From the NCBI RefSeq assembly GCF_001194135.2, contig NC_068984.1, positions 117,694,545 to 117,758,544 on the forward strand: a stretch of 64,000 nucleotides of DNA, read 5' to 3'. Numbering within the stretch: the stretch's first letter is position 1; each line of letters opens with the position of its first letter. Below the pieces are notes generated by a model that did no database searches, was not told the DNA's origin, and worked only from the letters and a program-made list of their open reading frames with translations. Shown here in pieces: positions 37,786-50,426 of this stretch. The stretch is from Octopus bimaculoides. Taxonomy: Eukaryota. A program made the position numbers and the translations under genes.

Positions 37786-38164
37786 AAAGAGAGGGAAAGG
37801 TAGTGGAAGAACAGAAAGGAAGATAAAGAGAGATAGATGGAAAACAAAAGAGAAGTGATTAAGAAAGAGGCAGAATGTCACAGAGAGAGAGACAGAGAGA
37901 GAGACAGACAGACAGACAGACAAACAGAGAGGTGTGAGAGATATATACAGAGGAGAGACAGTAAAAATAAAAAGAGAATGAGATAGATAGAGAGAGAGAG
38001 AGAGACAGAGAGAGACAAACAGACAGGGAGCCAACTCCAGATAGATTGATATATAGATAGATAGAGAAAGAGACAGAGAGAGAGTGTGTGAGAGAGACAG
38101 ACAAACAAACAGAGAGGTGTGAGAGATAGATACAAAGGAGAGAAGCAAAAAGAATTAAGAAAAT

Positions 38165-38213
<49 letters not shown>

Positions 38214-38345
38214 AAGGTGGAACCAGAGCCAGAGAGAAAGACCGGTAGAAAGAATACCAATCAGAGAGAGGGGGGGGTGACAGAATAAGAAGAAGAAAAA
38301 GAAAGAAATAAAGAAAGAGAGAGAGAGAGAGAGGTAGTAGGTAGT
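36650..38345. repeat. Polypurine low-complexity tract ((GA)n, GACA, GATA)
   Basis: Plus strand is strongly A/G-rich over about 1.7 kb. Confidence 0.9.
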
Positions 38346-38489
38346 AGGTAGATGGGGAAAATGATTAATTAAATAAATAAATAAATAAATACAAACATTA
38401 AAAAAATATATATATAAAACATAGAAATGGAATGAAAACAGATCCATTTAGTGCTTTATGTTCTAAATCTAATCTGAAAGTTTCAGAAA

Positions 38490-39191
38490 GTTATAGCAGC
38501 AGCACCACCACCATTACTACTACTGTTGCTGCCGCCGCTGCTGCTGCTGCTACTGTTACTACTACTGCTACCACTACTACTATCACAACCACTATCACCA
38601 CAGCCAACATCATCATCATCACTACTACCACAATCATCATTATCATCCTTTAATGCTACTGCCATATTCTTCATCATAATCATCCTCATTGCCACTAACA
38701 GCAACAGCCCCACCACAGCTGCCACCCCTGCCACCACCACCACCACNNNNNNNNNNNNNNNNNNNNNNNNNNNNNNNNNNNNNNNNNNNNNNNNNNNNNN
38801 NNNNNNNNNNNNNNNNNNNNNNNNNNNNNNNNNNNNNNNNNNNNNNNNNNNNNNNNNNNNNNNNNNNNNNNNNNNNNNNNNNNNNNNNNNNNNNNNNNNN
38901 NNNNNNNNNNNNNNNNNNNNNNNNNNNNNNNNNNNNNNNNNNNNNNNNNNNNNNNNNNNNNNNNNNNNNNNNNNNNNNNNNNNNNNNNNNNNNNNNNNNN
39001 NNNNNNNNNNNNNNNNNNNNNNNNNNNNNNNNNNNNNNNNNNNNNNNNNNNNNNNNNNNNNNNNNNNNNNNNNNNNNACCACCACCACCACCACCACAGT
39101 TGCAACTACTGTGGCTGCTAATACTCCTACTATTTCTAATATTGCCAATTTCTACTACAGCTGATGCGGCAGCCACTGATGCTGCTGCTGC

Positions 39192-39247
<56 letters not shown>

Positions 39248-39375
39248 AACAACAGTATCATCATCATTATTGCTACTACCACCATCATCATCATCCTTAT
39301 CACCATCGCTACCAATACCACAACTATCCACACCACAACAATATTCTCTACCATCATCTGCGCCCCACTCCACGT
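38490..39375. repeat. Trinucleotide mosaic (GCT, ACT, CAT, CAC) interrupted by gaps
   Basis: Directly visible; source of the spurious poly-T/P/H ORFs. Confidence 0.9.
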
Positions 39376-39876
39376 NNNNNNNNNNNNNNNNNNNNNNNNN
39401 NNNNNNNNNNNNNNNNNNNNNNNNNNNNNNNNNNNNNNNNNNNNNNNNNNNNNNNNNNNNNNNNNNNNNNNNNNNNNNNNNNNNNNNNNNNNNNNNNNNN
39501 NNNNNNNNNNNNNNNNNNNNNNNNNNNNNNNNNNNNNNNNNNNNNNNNNNNNNNNNNNNNNNNNNNNNNNNNNNNNNNNNNNNNNNNNNNNNNNNNNNNN
39601 NNNNNNNNNNNNNNNNNNNNNNNNNNNNNNNNNNNNNNNNNNNNNNNNNNNNNNNNNNNNNNNNNNNNNNNNNNNNNNNNNNNNNNNNNNNNNNNNNNNN
39701 NNNNNNNNNNNNNNNNNNNNNNNNNNNNNNNNNNNNNNNNNNNNNNNNNNNNNNNNNNNNAACCCATATTTCAGGTTGTAACAAATTTCCAGCCGGTATT
39801 GAAAACTAAGTTTATGAGTTCCAAGGATTTTGACAAGTGTGGAACCACCTCTTAGCTATCTTTTGTTCCCAGATGC

Positions 39877-40040
39877 AGGCATGGCTATGTGGTAAGAAGC
39901 TTGTTTCCCAACCACATGGTTCCAGGTTCAGTTCCACTGCATGACACTTTGGGCAAGTGTCTTCTACTATAGTCTTGGGCCTTGTGAATGGATTTGGTAG
40001 ATGGAAACTGAAAGAAGGCTGTTGTATATAAATATATACA
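39877..40040 (+). mobile_element. SINE family A head fragment
   Basis: gcaggcatggctatgtggtaag...ggttcagttccactgc...ggaaactgaaagaaggc. Confidence 0.8.
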
Positions 40041-40423
40041 TACATCTCATCTAGTGGTGTTCTACCTCCAGCCAGCTTCTGTGCATGTAAACCTACTCCA
40101 GCACTCTCTATACAACCTGGGAGAGCCTACACCCTCCCCTTCAGTCATTAAGTAGGTTACCGGAACTTTGGCTACAAGGAATAGACTTGGGACGAATACT
40201 GGAATGGCTTCCTGTTGCCTTCTCCAGGCAGGCTGGATTTGAACTCAGAATTTAGAGAACCAGAAGATATATTGTAAATCATTTCTGCTAATGCACAAAT
40301 AATTTTGTCGCTCTTCCACTTGGAGAACAACATGAAGTGAAGTGCATTGTTCAGGAACACAACATGTAACCCAGTCCAGGAATCAAAAACCATGATTTAA
40401 TGACTGTAAGTGAATCACCCTGT

Positions 40424-40660
40424 GGATGCACGTGGCGTAGTGGCTAGGGTGTTGAACTTATGATTGTAAGATTGTGGTTTCAATTCCTGGACCAGATGAC
40501 ATGTTATGTTCTTGAGCAAAACACTTCGTTTTACGCTGCTCCAGTTCACCCAACTGGCAAAAATAAGTAATCCTGTGGTGGATTGGCATCCCATCCAGGG
40601 GGGGAATTCATACGCCATGGAAACTGGGAAGCTGTCCCTAATGAGGCAGCATCACTCAAG
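40424..40660 (+). mobile_element. SINE family C (a minus-strand SINE-C head fragment abuts it at about 40300-40420)
   Basis: gtggcgtagtggctagggtg (A box), ggtttcaattcc (B box-like), ttcttgagcaaaacacttc. Confidence 0.75.
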
Positions 40661-40740
40661 AAAGTAACATTTATCTTTTTTTTTTTAGTGCAACACCTTA
40701 ACCTAGAGAAATAAAGCCCATGTGCCATCACATACATATA

Positions 40741-40855
40741 TGAAATGACAACAGAAAAAAGATGGTATAGGCATATCCCAGAAAAGGTCTCAGAGAATAA
40801 CAAAGCAAATATACTCTGGGATATGCCAATACACACAGATAGAGAAATCTAGGCC
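40741..40855 (+). mobile_element. Internal fragment of R4/Dong-type RLE element
   Basis: Encodes EMTTEKRWYRHIPEKVSENNKANILWDMPIHTDREI; homologous to 44200-44305. Confidence 0.8.
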
Positions 40856-40950
40856 ATGTGCCATCATATACATATATATATAGACATGTGTGCATGTGTA
40901 TGTGTGTGTGAGACAGAGAGAGATATCAACTCTGTTAAAAAAGGTGTTAA

Positions 40951-41592
40951 TATTCTTTTCGATTCTAGGCACAAGGCCTGAAACTTTGGGGGAGGGGGCC
41001 AGTTGATTAGATCACTCCCGGTACGCAACTGGTGCTTAATTTATTGAGCCCAAAAGGATGAAAGGCAAAGTGGACCTCAGTGGAAAAAAAATTCTTTTCT
41101 ACTATAGGCACAAGGCCTGAAATTTTGGGGGAGGGGGACCAGTTGATTAGATTGACCCCAGTATGCAACTGGTGCTTAATTTATTGACCCCAAAAGGACG
41201 AAAGGCAAAGTTGACCTTAGCGGAAAAAATATTCTTTTCTACTCTAGGCACAAGGCCTGAAATTTTGGGGGAGGGGGGCCAGTTGATTAGATTGACCCCA
41301 GTATGCAACTGGTGCTTAATTTATTGACCCCAAAAGGACGAAAGGCAAAGTTGACCTCAGCGGAAAAAATATTCTTTTCTACTCTAGGCACAAAACCTGA
41401 AATTTTTTCGGCGGGGTGGGTGGGGCAGTCGATTAGATCGATCCCAGTATGCAACTGGTACTTAATTTATTGACCACGAAAGGATGAAAGACAAAATTGA
41501 CCTAGATGGAATTTGAACACAAGACGTAAAGACAGACGAAATACCACTAAGCATTTCACCCGGCATGCTAACGATCTGCCAGCTCACCGCCT
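40951..41592 (-). mobile_element. SINE family B with its 3' half in four tandem units (140-bp period)
   Basis: Units begin attcttttc at 40951, 41091, 41231 and 41371; only the last continues into the SINE head. Confidence 0.9.
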
Positions 41593-42308
41593 TACAAAAG
41601 GTGTTGATAATGAAAAAGAAAAGAGCCCAGAGAGTGGTTCATTGATGCAAGTCTTGCGAACAGAAGAGTATAGTGCAGGTTCAATGACAGTGTATAATGT
41701 TAAGAAACAGGAAATAAAAAAATATAATTTTTTACTGGCACCAAAAGTAAGGTTATTAAGAATGGAAAAAACATTAAAAGATAATGCATGACTTTTATTT
41801 AGATTACATGCAGGAACCAATGCATTTTGGAAGAGGATTTACTGTAAAATGTTAATGTAAATAAATGATTATTCTTTGTTTATGATTTTTATGTAAATTT
41901 TTCCAAGTATCAGCAGACCTATTTTTCTTTGCTTTTTCTACTAATCTACTTAATTTTGAGTAGCCACAGACTAACACTTGTAATAATGGAGCCAAGTATG
42001 CATGAACTAGGTTTATGCCTATGTATGCTAAATTGGTACAGTACAATCAATATATGCATTATTTTGCCATTTAAAAAAAAAATTTTTTTTTGCTTTTTCC
42101 TTTATCCTAAGCTTCACTGGTTTTGAAAATCTGCAACTCCTGCATCTGTCTGATCTCAAGCTTTCAAGATTAGTGAGGTTTAACTTGTAGAAGGAAGGTA
42201 CTGTTCTTGTATTAAAAACATGAATCTAATTAGGTTCATAGGATGGGAGGGGATGCCAACAGAGAAAGATAGAAGAAATAGAGACACTAGACTGGAATAG
42301 ATTATGAA

Positions 42309-42344
<36 letters not shown>

Positions 42345-42464
42345 TACACACACAATATCAAATATGTGAAAATTTTGTAAACTAAAATTACTTTAGTTAA
42401 GAAATATTTCCTTTTCCTGACCAAATCAGATACTTTCAGCTTCTTTTGAGCATTTAAATAGTAA

Positions 42465-42675
42465 AGCATTTGGAATAGTAAAGCCATATCCAACTCAAAT
42501 ATTTTACTGTTTTATGTTCAAACTGACTAGATCCGGCCCCTTTCACTAATCCTACAATGTCATTCTAAAAATAAGCAATTACATCATTGAAATATTGAAG
42601 TTATGAGATAAATCATGATTAATTCAAAACAATGTGAATAAATAAGCATTGAATTTAACAGTAATCTGAATGCTT
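42465..42675 (+). mobile_element. piggyBac-type MITE family A, degenerate
   Basis: tttatgttcaaactgactagatcc...gtgaataaataagcatt...aatctgaatgct. Confidence 0.7.
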
Positions 42676-43635
42676 ATGTTTCAAGACTGATAAAGACTTG
42701 TGATATAGAAGTGTTAGGGAAAAGCTGAAGGAATAGAACTGGCTACTCTATAGCTAACAATAATATTATACTAATGAGAAAATGTTTTGGTAAGCAACTG
42801 AGGCATTAGTCATCTTATTTCAGGATTTTGATGACGGTATACATTATATGATTCATATCTATTTCGTGCACAACATAGCATAGATCAAAAGTGAAGAAAT
42901 AGATTTAAATATTATAAAACCTTACTGTGAATGAATTAAGATTGTAAACTTATTTTATGCTTTTTATTTGTGAAAAAAAAAAAAATAAAAAGAGAGAGCG
43001 AGAGAAAGAGAAGCAGAAGTTTCTTGATAGACTGTTTCACAGTTTGTTGACTGCTCCTCAGAGAAAATGTACTCATCTTCCTTCCCTAAACAATATCACT
43101 GATCAGCTGGGTCAGCTGCTGTATTAAAACAGTCATAAATTAAACTGGCACATTATTATATAGACTATTTGTGCTTTTGATGGATCACCATCAATGAAAT
43201 CAATGTAGGTATATCATTTTCATATCCAAATATAATTTAGAAGAAAGCAAAAGATATAAGTCCTGTCTAGTTAAACAAGATGCTGTTACTGCCATTTGAT
43301 ATTGGTACTTTGAAACATGAAATAAAAATAAATACAAAACACAAAACAAGGGAAAAAAAATTAACCATCGAATGATGAATAGCATGATAGAAAGATTATA
43401 TAAGCAACATATGGAATATGTGTTTACAAAAAAAGGTTTATTTTTTAAAAATTTGTATTTGACATTCAACCAGTTGCTATACTATGCTACAATAAATAAA
43501 TATTTTAAAATGCCAATTTTCATGTTTTCCCCTTTTTTTAATTTATTTATTCTTCTGAATAATTAATTTACAAAAAGTTCTAAAAGACTGAAAATATTAT
43601 CCAAGAAATTTTCGGCAAAAAAAAAAAAAAAAAAA

Positions 43636-43874
43636 ATAATAATAATAATTATAATAAATATTTCAAATTTTGGCACAAGGCCAGCAATTTTGAAGGGAAG
43701 TGGAGAAGTCATTTACAGTGATCCTAGTACTTGACTGGTAATTATTTCATTGACCCTAGAGGAATGAAAGGCAGAGTTGACCTCAGTGGAATTTGAACTT
43801 AGAAAATAATGAATTCGAAAAAATGCCACTAAGCATTTTGTTAGACATGCTAATGAGTCTACTAGCTCAGCACC

Positions 43875-43876
<2 letters not shown>
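43636..43876 (-). mobile_element. SINE family B
   Basis: Reverse complement of the SINE-B body with an (AAT)n tail. Confidence 0.75.
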
Positions 43877-43923
<47 letters not shown>

Positions 43924-44081
43924 TGATGATGATGATGATGATGATGATAATAATAATAATAATAATAGTCAAGACGAAGAGTGCGATTCGATTGTATAGA
44001 TGTTTTATTCTTTGAACAATATTTCGACAGCACGTCTTTCTTTCTCAAGTTCAAAACAAAAGGTGATTAAAATAATAATAA

Positions 44082-44163
<82 letters not shown>

Positions 44164-44164
<1 letters not shown>

Positions 44165-44718
44165 TCTATATACACTGGAAGCTATGCCAACACTGGAATG
44201 ATAACAGAAAAAAGATGCTATAGGCATATCCCAAACAAGATCTCAGAAAATGACAATACAACCATACTCTGGGATATGCCAATACACACAGATAGAGAAA
44301 TCAAGGCTAATAGACTGGATATAGAGATTGCCAAGAAAAAAATTGCCTTCTAAGTAACATATCAATCCCAACAGATGACAATGTAACTCTAAAAGAAACA
44401 GAGAAACTCTCAAAATACAAAGATCTGGTAATAGCGATAACCTGAATATGAAGCCTAAAAACAGAAACAGTCCCTATAAGGATAGGTGCATTAGGTATGA
44501 TTAAAAACATACAGACAGATACATAACCAAAACAAGGGGACTTACGAATGTATATAACATACAGAAAATAACGCTACTAGGTAGTGCACACATCCTACGT
44601 AAAGCACTTTCAATACAGTGAAAATAATAAAACCAAAACAAACCACGGCACATACCCAAGGTACACAGAGCTGCACTCTGTAGTGCAGTGAATGCATGTA
44701 ATAAAAATTAGACTACTG
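44164..44718 (+). mobile_element. 5'-truncated R4/Dong-type non-LTR retrotransposon: restriction-like endonuclease C-terminus plus 3' UTR
   Basis: RHIPNKISENDNTTILWDMPIHTDREIKANRLDI; after a frameshift ISIPTDDNVTLKETEKLSKYKDL, ETVPIRIGALGMI and LGSAHILRKALSIQ* (stop 44619-44621). (AAT)n at 44066-44163 and 44719-44760. Confidence 0.85.
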
Positions 44719-44728
44719 AATAATAATG

Positions 44729-44760
<32 letters not shown>

Positions 44761-44885
44761 CATTATCATCATCATCATCATCATCGTTTAACGTCCGCTT
44801 TCCATGCTGGCATGGGTTGGACGATTTGACTGAGGACTGGTGAAACTGGATGGCAACACCAGGCTCCAATCTAATTTGGCAGAGT
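44761..44885 (-). mobile_element. Family D retroposon 3' end
   Basis: (CAT)n followed by cgtttaacgtccgctttccatgctggcatggg. Confidence 0.85.
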
Positions 44886-45096
44886 GAATAATAATAATAA
44901 TAATAATAATAGGGTGTTGAATAGTTTCCATGATAATTGACAACCAGTTATGAAAGGTTATAGTGTGCAGAAAGAGACCCTGTGAGACCTCTGACCACAG
45001 GCTGCTGTCTGCTCTCACAAAATCAACTAGAGCAAATAAGATCAAGTGCTTTGAGAAGTAAAACAATGATAGTGATAAAAAAAAAAAGACCATTTT

Positions 45097-45317
45097 AATA
45101 ATAATCCTTTCCACTGTAGGCACAAGGCCTGAAGTTTTAGGGGAGAGGGCTAGTCAGTTATATTGAGCCAGGGTTTGACTTGTACTTATTTTATTGACCC
45201 CGAAAGGCTGAAAGGCAAAATTGACCTTTGCAGTATTTGAATTCTGAACATAAAGATGGGCCAAACGCTTAGCCATATTTTGCCTGGTGTGCTAATATTC
45301 TTCCAGTTCATCGTCTT
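45097..45317 (-). mobile_element. SINE family B
   Basis: aataatcctttccactgtaggcacaaggcc...gtgctaatattcttccagttcatcgtctt. Confidence 0.75.
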
Positions 45318-45409
45318 AACAACAACAACAACAACAACAATAATAAAAGCTATTTTAAAATCATTTGTTTTTGGTGTTAATTTCATTTTCTCTAATACTT
45401 ATTATTATT

Positions 45410-45607
45410 CAGCGAATTGGCAGAATCGTTAGCATGCCAGGCAAAATGTTTAGCAGCATTTTGTCTGTCAGCATGTTGTGAGTTCAAATTCTGCCGAGGT
45501 TGACTTCACTTTTCATCCTTTTGAGGTCAATAAATTGAGTACTAGTGTGACACTGGCGTCGGTGTAATCACCCCCAAATTTTAGGCTTTGTGTCTATAAT
45601 AGAAAGG

Positions 45608-45637
<30 letters not shown>
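45410..45637 (+). mobile_element. SINE family B with (ATT)n tail
   Basis: gcgaattggcagaatcgttagc...gagttcaaattctgccgaggttgac...gaaaggattatt. Confidence 0.8.
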
Positions 45638-45640
<3 letters not shown>

Positions 45641-46309
45641 ATTTTTGTTTTTGCATGTTTTTTGTTTCTCTTTTATTTTGTGTGCTGTAACCCATCCTTC
45701 AGTATTTGTCTTCCATGTCTTGGGCCCTTGTGGCCAATAAAAGAAATTGCTATTATTATTATTATCATTATTATTATTATTTTGCAAGATTGTGTTTCAG
45801 TGATTATTAAAAGAAAGTCAATTCTGGAAAAAAAACTTCATTTTATAAATAATCTGAAAGTATTCATTTCAAGATAAATTAAAATCTTTTCTTTTTACGA
45901 AATTTAATAACAAAAAAAAAAATCATGCTTTATTTATCATGTTCGTTAACTTTTACAAACTGATTTCTCAGCTACAAGTTTAACTTTAGGGGCTGTTTTC
46001 TCCTTCATGTTAGCAGCTAGCTCTAATCAATGTCCAGCGTTAATTAAATATTCAAATGTTGATCTGTAGAGGAAGAATCTTAGTAAACATAACATAGGAT
46101 GGCTTTAGACAGTAATTAAATGCAAACAGGAAGTTTAAGCTAGAGTATGGCTGCAAGGAAAACTACGATGTATTTGATGGTTACTTCAGTAGTATTAACA
46201 CCTTCGGGTGTGTAAACTAAATACAGACAGGAAGTCTGAATCAATCTAGCAATGAATTTCACTTCTACAAAGAAATTATGCTAAGCTATCTTTTTATCTT
46301 TTCTTTGAT

Positions 46310-46690
46310 CATTTGCTTGTTTCAGTCACTGGACAGTGGCCATATTGGGGTACCATTTCGATGGGTTTAGCTGAACAAGTTGATGTCAGTACATATTTTT
46401 TTTTAAGTGTGGTACTTATTCTGTTGGTCTCTTTAACTTAACTGCTAAGTCTGTGGAACTGTAAACAAACCACCACCAGTTGTCAAGCAATGGTGGGGGA
46501 CTAATACTGCATAAACACACACACACATATGACAGGCCTCGTTCTGTTTCTATCTACAAAATCCACTCACAAGGCTTTGGTTGGACTGGGGGCTATGGCA
46601 GAAGACAATTGTCTAAGGTGTCACGTAGTGGGACTGATCCTGAAGACCATGTGGTTGGAAAGCAAACTTCTTACTACCCAGCCATGCCTG
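46310..46690 (-). mobile_element. SINE family A, diverged
   Basis: gtttcagtcactggacagtggccat...ctacaaaatccactcacaaggc...tactacccagccatgcctg. Confidence 0.75.
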
Positions 46691-46740
46691 ACCCTATTAA
46701 CATCCACATCTGCACCTATCACACAGTCATGTCTGTGTCA

Positions 46741-46773
<33 letters not shown>

Positions 46774-47387
46774 NNNNNNNNNNNNNNNNNNNNNNNNNNN
46801 NNNNNNNNNNNNNNNNNNNNNNNNNNNNNNNNNNNNNNNNNNNNNNNNNNNNNNNNNNNNNNNNNNNNNNNNNNNNNNNNNNNNNNNNNNNNNNNNNNNN
46901 NNNNNNNNNNNNNNNNNNNNNNNNNNNNNNNNNNNNNNNNNNNNNNNNNNNNNNNNNNNNNNNNNNNNNNNNNNNNNNNNNNNNNNNNNNNNNNNNNNNN
47001 NNNNNNNNNNNNNNNNNNNNNNNNNNNNNNNNNNNNNNNNNNNNNNNNNNNNNNNNNNNNNNNNNNNNNNNNNNNNNNNNNNNNNNNNNNNNNNNNNNNN
47101 NNNNNNNNNNNNNNNNNNNNNNNNNNNNNNNNNNNNNNNNNNNNNNNNNNNNNNNNNNNNNNNNNNNNNNNNNNNNNNNNNNNNNNNNNNNNNNNNNNNN
47201 NNNNNNNNNNNNNNNNNNNNNNNNNNNNAAATATATATATGACAGCTTCTTTCAGTTTCTGTCTACCCAATTCGCTCACAAGGCTTCGGTTGGCCTGAGG
47301 CTATAGTAGAAGACTTTTGCCCAAAGTTCAATGCAGTGGCACTGAACCTGGAACCATGTGGTTTGGAAGCATACCACACACCCATGC

Positions 47388-47421
<34 letters not shown>

Positions 47422-48208
47422 TGGTGCATAGATAAGATATATGCGAATGTATGTGTACGTATGTATGCATGCACGTGTGCATGTGCATGCACATTTTCGT
47501 GTTTGTCATCTCATCACTTAACAACTGATGTTGACTTACATTCCTGCATCTTAGTGTTTCGTTCAAAAAGAGATTGATAGAATAAGTAGCATACATCAAA
47601 AACATATGCACTAATGTCAATTTGCTTGACTAGAAAACCTTTCAAGCTGGTGTCCCAGCAAGGCTGCAGTTCAATGACTGAAATAAACAACAGATAAATA
47701 ATAAAAGATAAAGAAAAGAAAATAAATACTTCAAGCTCAAGGTTTTTTTTTTTTTTTTTTTGCAACATTGTAACATCGTGGGCCATTTGGTGCGCAAATA
47801 AATACAAGCGATCTCATTGAATTTATCATTAATTTTTGTGACAACCGAAGATGTAAAGATTTCTCGCTTATTCACTGGGCCCAGAAAATTGAAGTACATA
47901 AGGCATACAATAAAGAAAATTCCACAAACATCTACAAAATAACATCTATTAACAATAAAGCTCCTACTTTTTATATTTCTTTCTTTTTTTTTTTGTCCTA
48001 GCGCCATACTATAATTTTCTGCAAACATCCTTGTTATTTTTTATTGCCTATTTTCAACTGAAATAACCCTGTTTGATTAAACTGAACACCAGTAAACTGG
48101 AAAATTGAATGCAAAGGTTTACTCTCGGAAAGCAAAACAAGAATAATATATGCTCAGTTGGCCAAAAGAGAAAAAAAAGGAAATACTTTGAAAAGATCCA
48201 TAAATCTC

Positions 48209-48263
<55 letters not shown>

Positions 48264-48503
48264 NNNNNNNNNNNNNNNNNNNNNNNNNNNNNNNNNNNNN
48301 NNNNNNNNNNNNNNNNNNNNNNNNNNNNNNNNNNNNNNNNNNNNNNNNNNNNNNNNNNNNNNNNNNNNNNNNNNNNNNNNNNNNNNNNNNNNNNNNNNNN
48401 NNNNNNNNNNNNNNNNNNNNNNNNNNNNNNNNNNNNNNNNNNNNNNNNNNNNNNNNNNNNNNNNNNNNNNNNNNTATATATACACATATATATACACATA
48501 GAT

Positions 48504-48542
<39 letters not shown>

Positions 48543-49942
48543 CACACACACAGATGTATAAAATATGCATGCATGTATAATGAGATAAACAGAAAGAAAG
48601 TGAAAGATAGAGAGAGAGAGAATCGAACAGACAGATAAATTAATAGATACAGATAAACATATTCAGACAAAAAAAAAAAGGGAAGTTGATAATATTGCGT
48701 AACACACATTTATAATACTCCTGGTGCACACACACACTCAAACGCACAGATATACACATATATATATATACACATGAAAAATCCTTTCGTTAAGAATCTT
48801 GCTGTTTATCAACTCCCTGACTGTAGCAGCTGGCAAGCAGACAAACCAATAAATGAAAACATATGATGGATTAACAATGATGAGAAATGTATTAATTGCT
48901 GGGCTTCTATTTGAAATGCAATAAGAAAACTGAGGATTTTGTGAGATTGGAGAAACTGGTAAGGAATTCCTTATTTAATTTGAAAGAACGATGCTGTAAA
49001 AATACAGTCATTGGCAATCATTGAATGAATAAATTAAAAACAAAATTTTTTGGTATTTTTTTTTTTTTGCTTTTATAAGTAGCTCATATAATTGTTTTGG
49101 TTTTCTTTTTACCATTTTTCTTGTAGGTCAAAGTATCTGAGACTGTCTGGTTTTGTGATTTTGAATCATTATTGACATTTAATGTCCATGTTCCATGTTG
49201 TCACAGGCAACATAGTTTGACAGGGTCTGATGGGGTCCAATGACTGCATTGTGTTTCAAAATCTGCTTTGGTCTGGTTTCTACTGTTAAATGTCCTTCCT
49301 GATACCAACCATTTATCAATATGTCCTGGATGCCTTTTTCCATGGCACCAGCACTAGTGAGGTTACCATTCACCTTGAAAGACTAAAATTGCCTTAGACT
49401 GAGTGGAGTTACAATAGAGAAGGAAGTGACATTATGCTAGGAGATGAGAGAGGGGCCAAAACAAAACAGGTTTCTTGCTGTAGAGAGCTACATGGCTATT
49501 CACATTATAAAAGAGCAGTTAGGAATGACAGGGGTGGAGCTAGGAAGGGATAAAATAGTGGGTATGAGGCATCAGGGTTGACCATCAAAGCACAAAAACA
49601 AGGTGAATAGAAGTGAGAGGGGACAGAAGAACAGGAAAAGTGAATTTTAAAATGATGATGATGATGATGATGTCAATAATGATGATTACGACGATGATGA
49701 TGATGACGACGATGATGACGGTTCCATTTTCATATCTGAATATGAAGAGTACGTTGGGAATAAAAATATGGCCTTGAGTAAATGAGCGGTTTGGTTTTAT
49801 TTTATTCTAATGTGGTTATATGAACAATCATGTGAATATAACAATATTCACAAAATATTACCACAGATTACACTTAGACATGTTATATATTATATATATG
49901 TGTATATATATACATATACATATGTATATATATTTCTCTCTT

Positions 49943-50062
<120 letters not shown>

Positions 50063-50426
50063 GCCTTTTGCAGTATCAGTTTTTTCTCTGATAAATTTAT
50101 GGTTTTATTAGTAAGTGATAACTAATAGTTCACTGTAGAACTAAACACCATTGTTAGAATCAATAGTTTATAGACTGTCGGTGATGTACTGCTATGTATA
50201 TTCCTGGCAAAGTTACAAAGTCATTAAATTCTTGCTCTGTTGACCTAGTTCTAAATATTTTCTTATTGTTGTTGTTATATTCATCATTATTAAACCTCAG
50301 CATCTCGCTAAGGTTGACTTTGCCTTTTCATCGTTTCAGGGTCAATAAAATAAATACCAGTTGAACATTGGGGGGGTTGTTGTAATCGATTAGCACCTCC
50401 CTACAAAATTTTGGGCCTTGTGTCTT

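Noticed and set aside
38483-39855. Long poly-Thr/Pro/His ORFs
   Set aside because: Trinucleotide repeats and N-runs; open in many frames at once.
40951-41510. CRISPR-like regular repeat array
   Set aside because: Units are contiguous SINE halves with no unique spacers; eukaryotic context.
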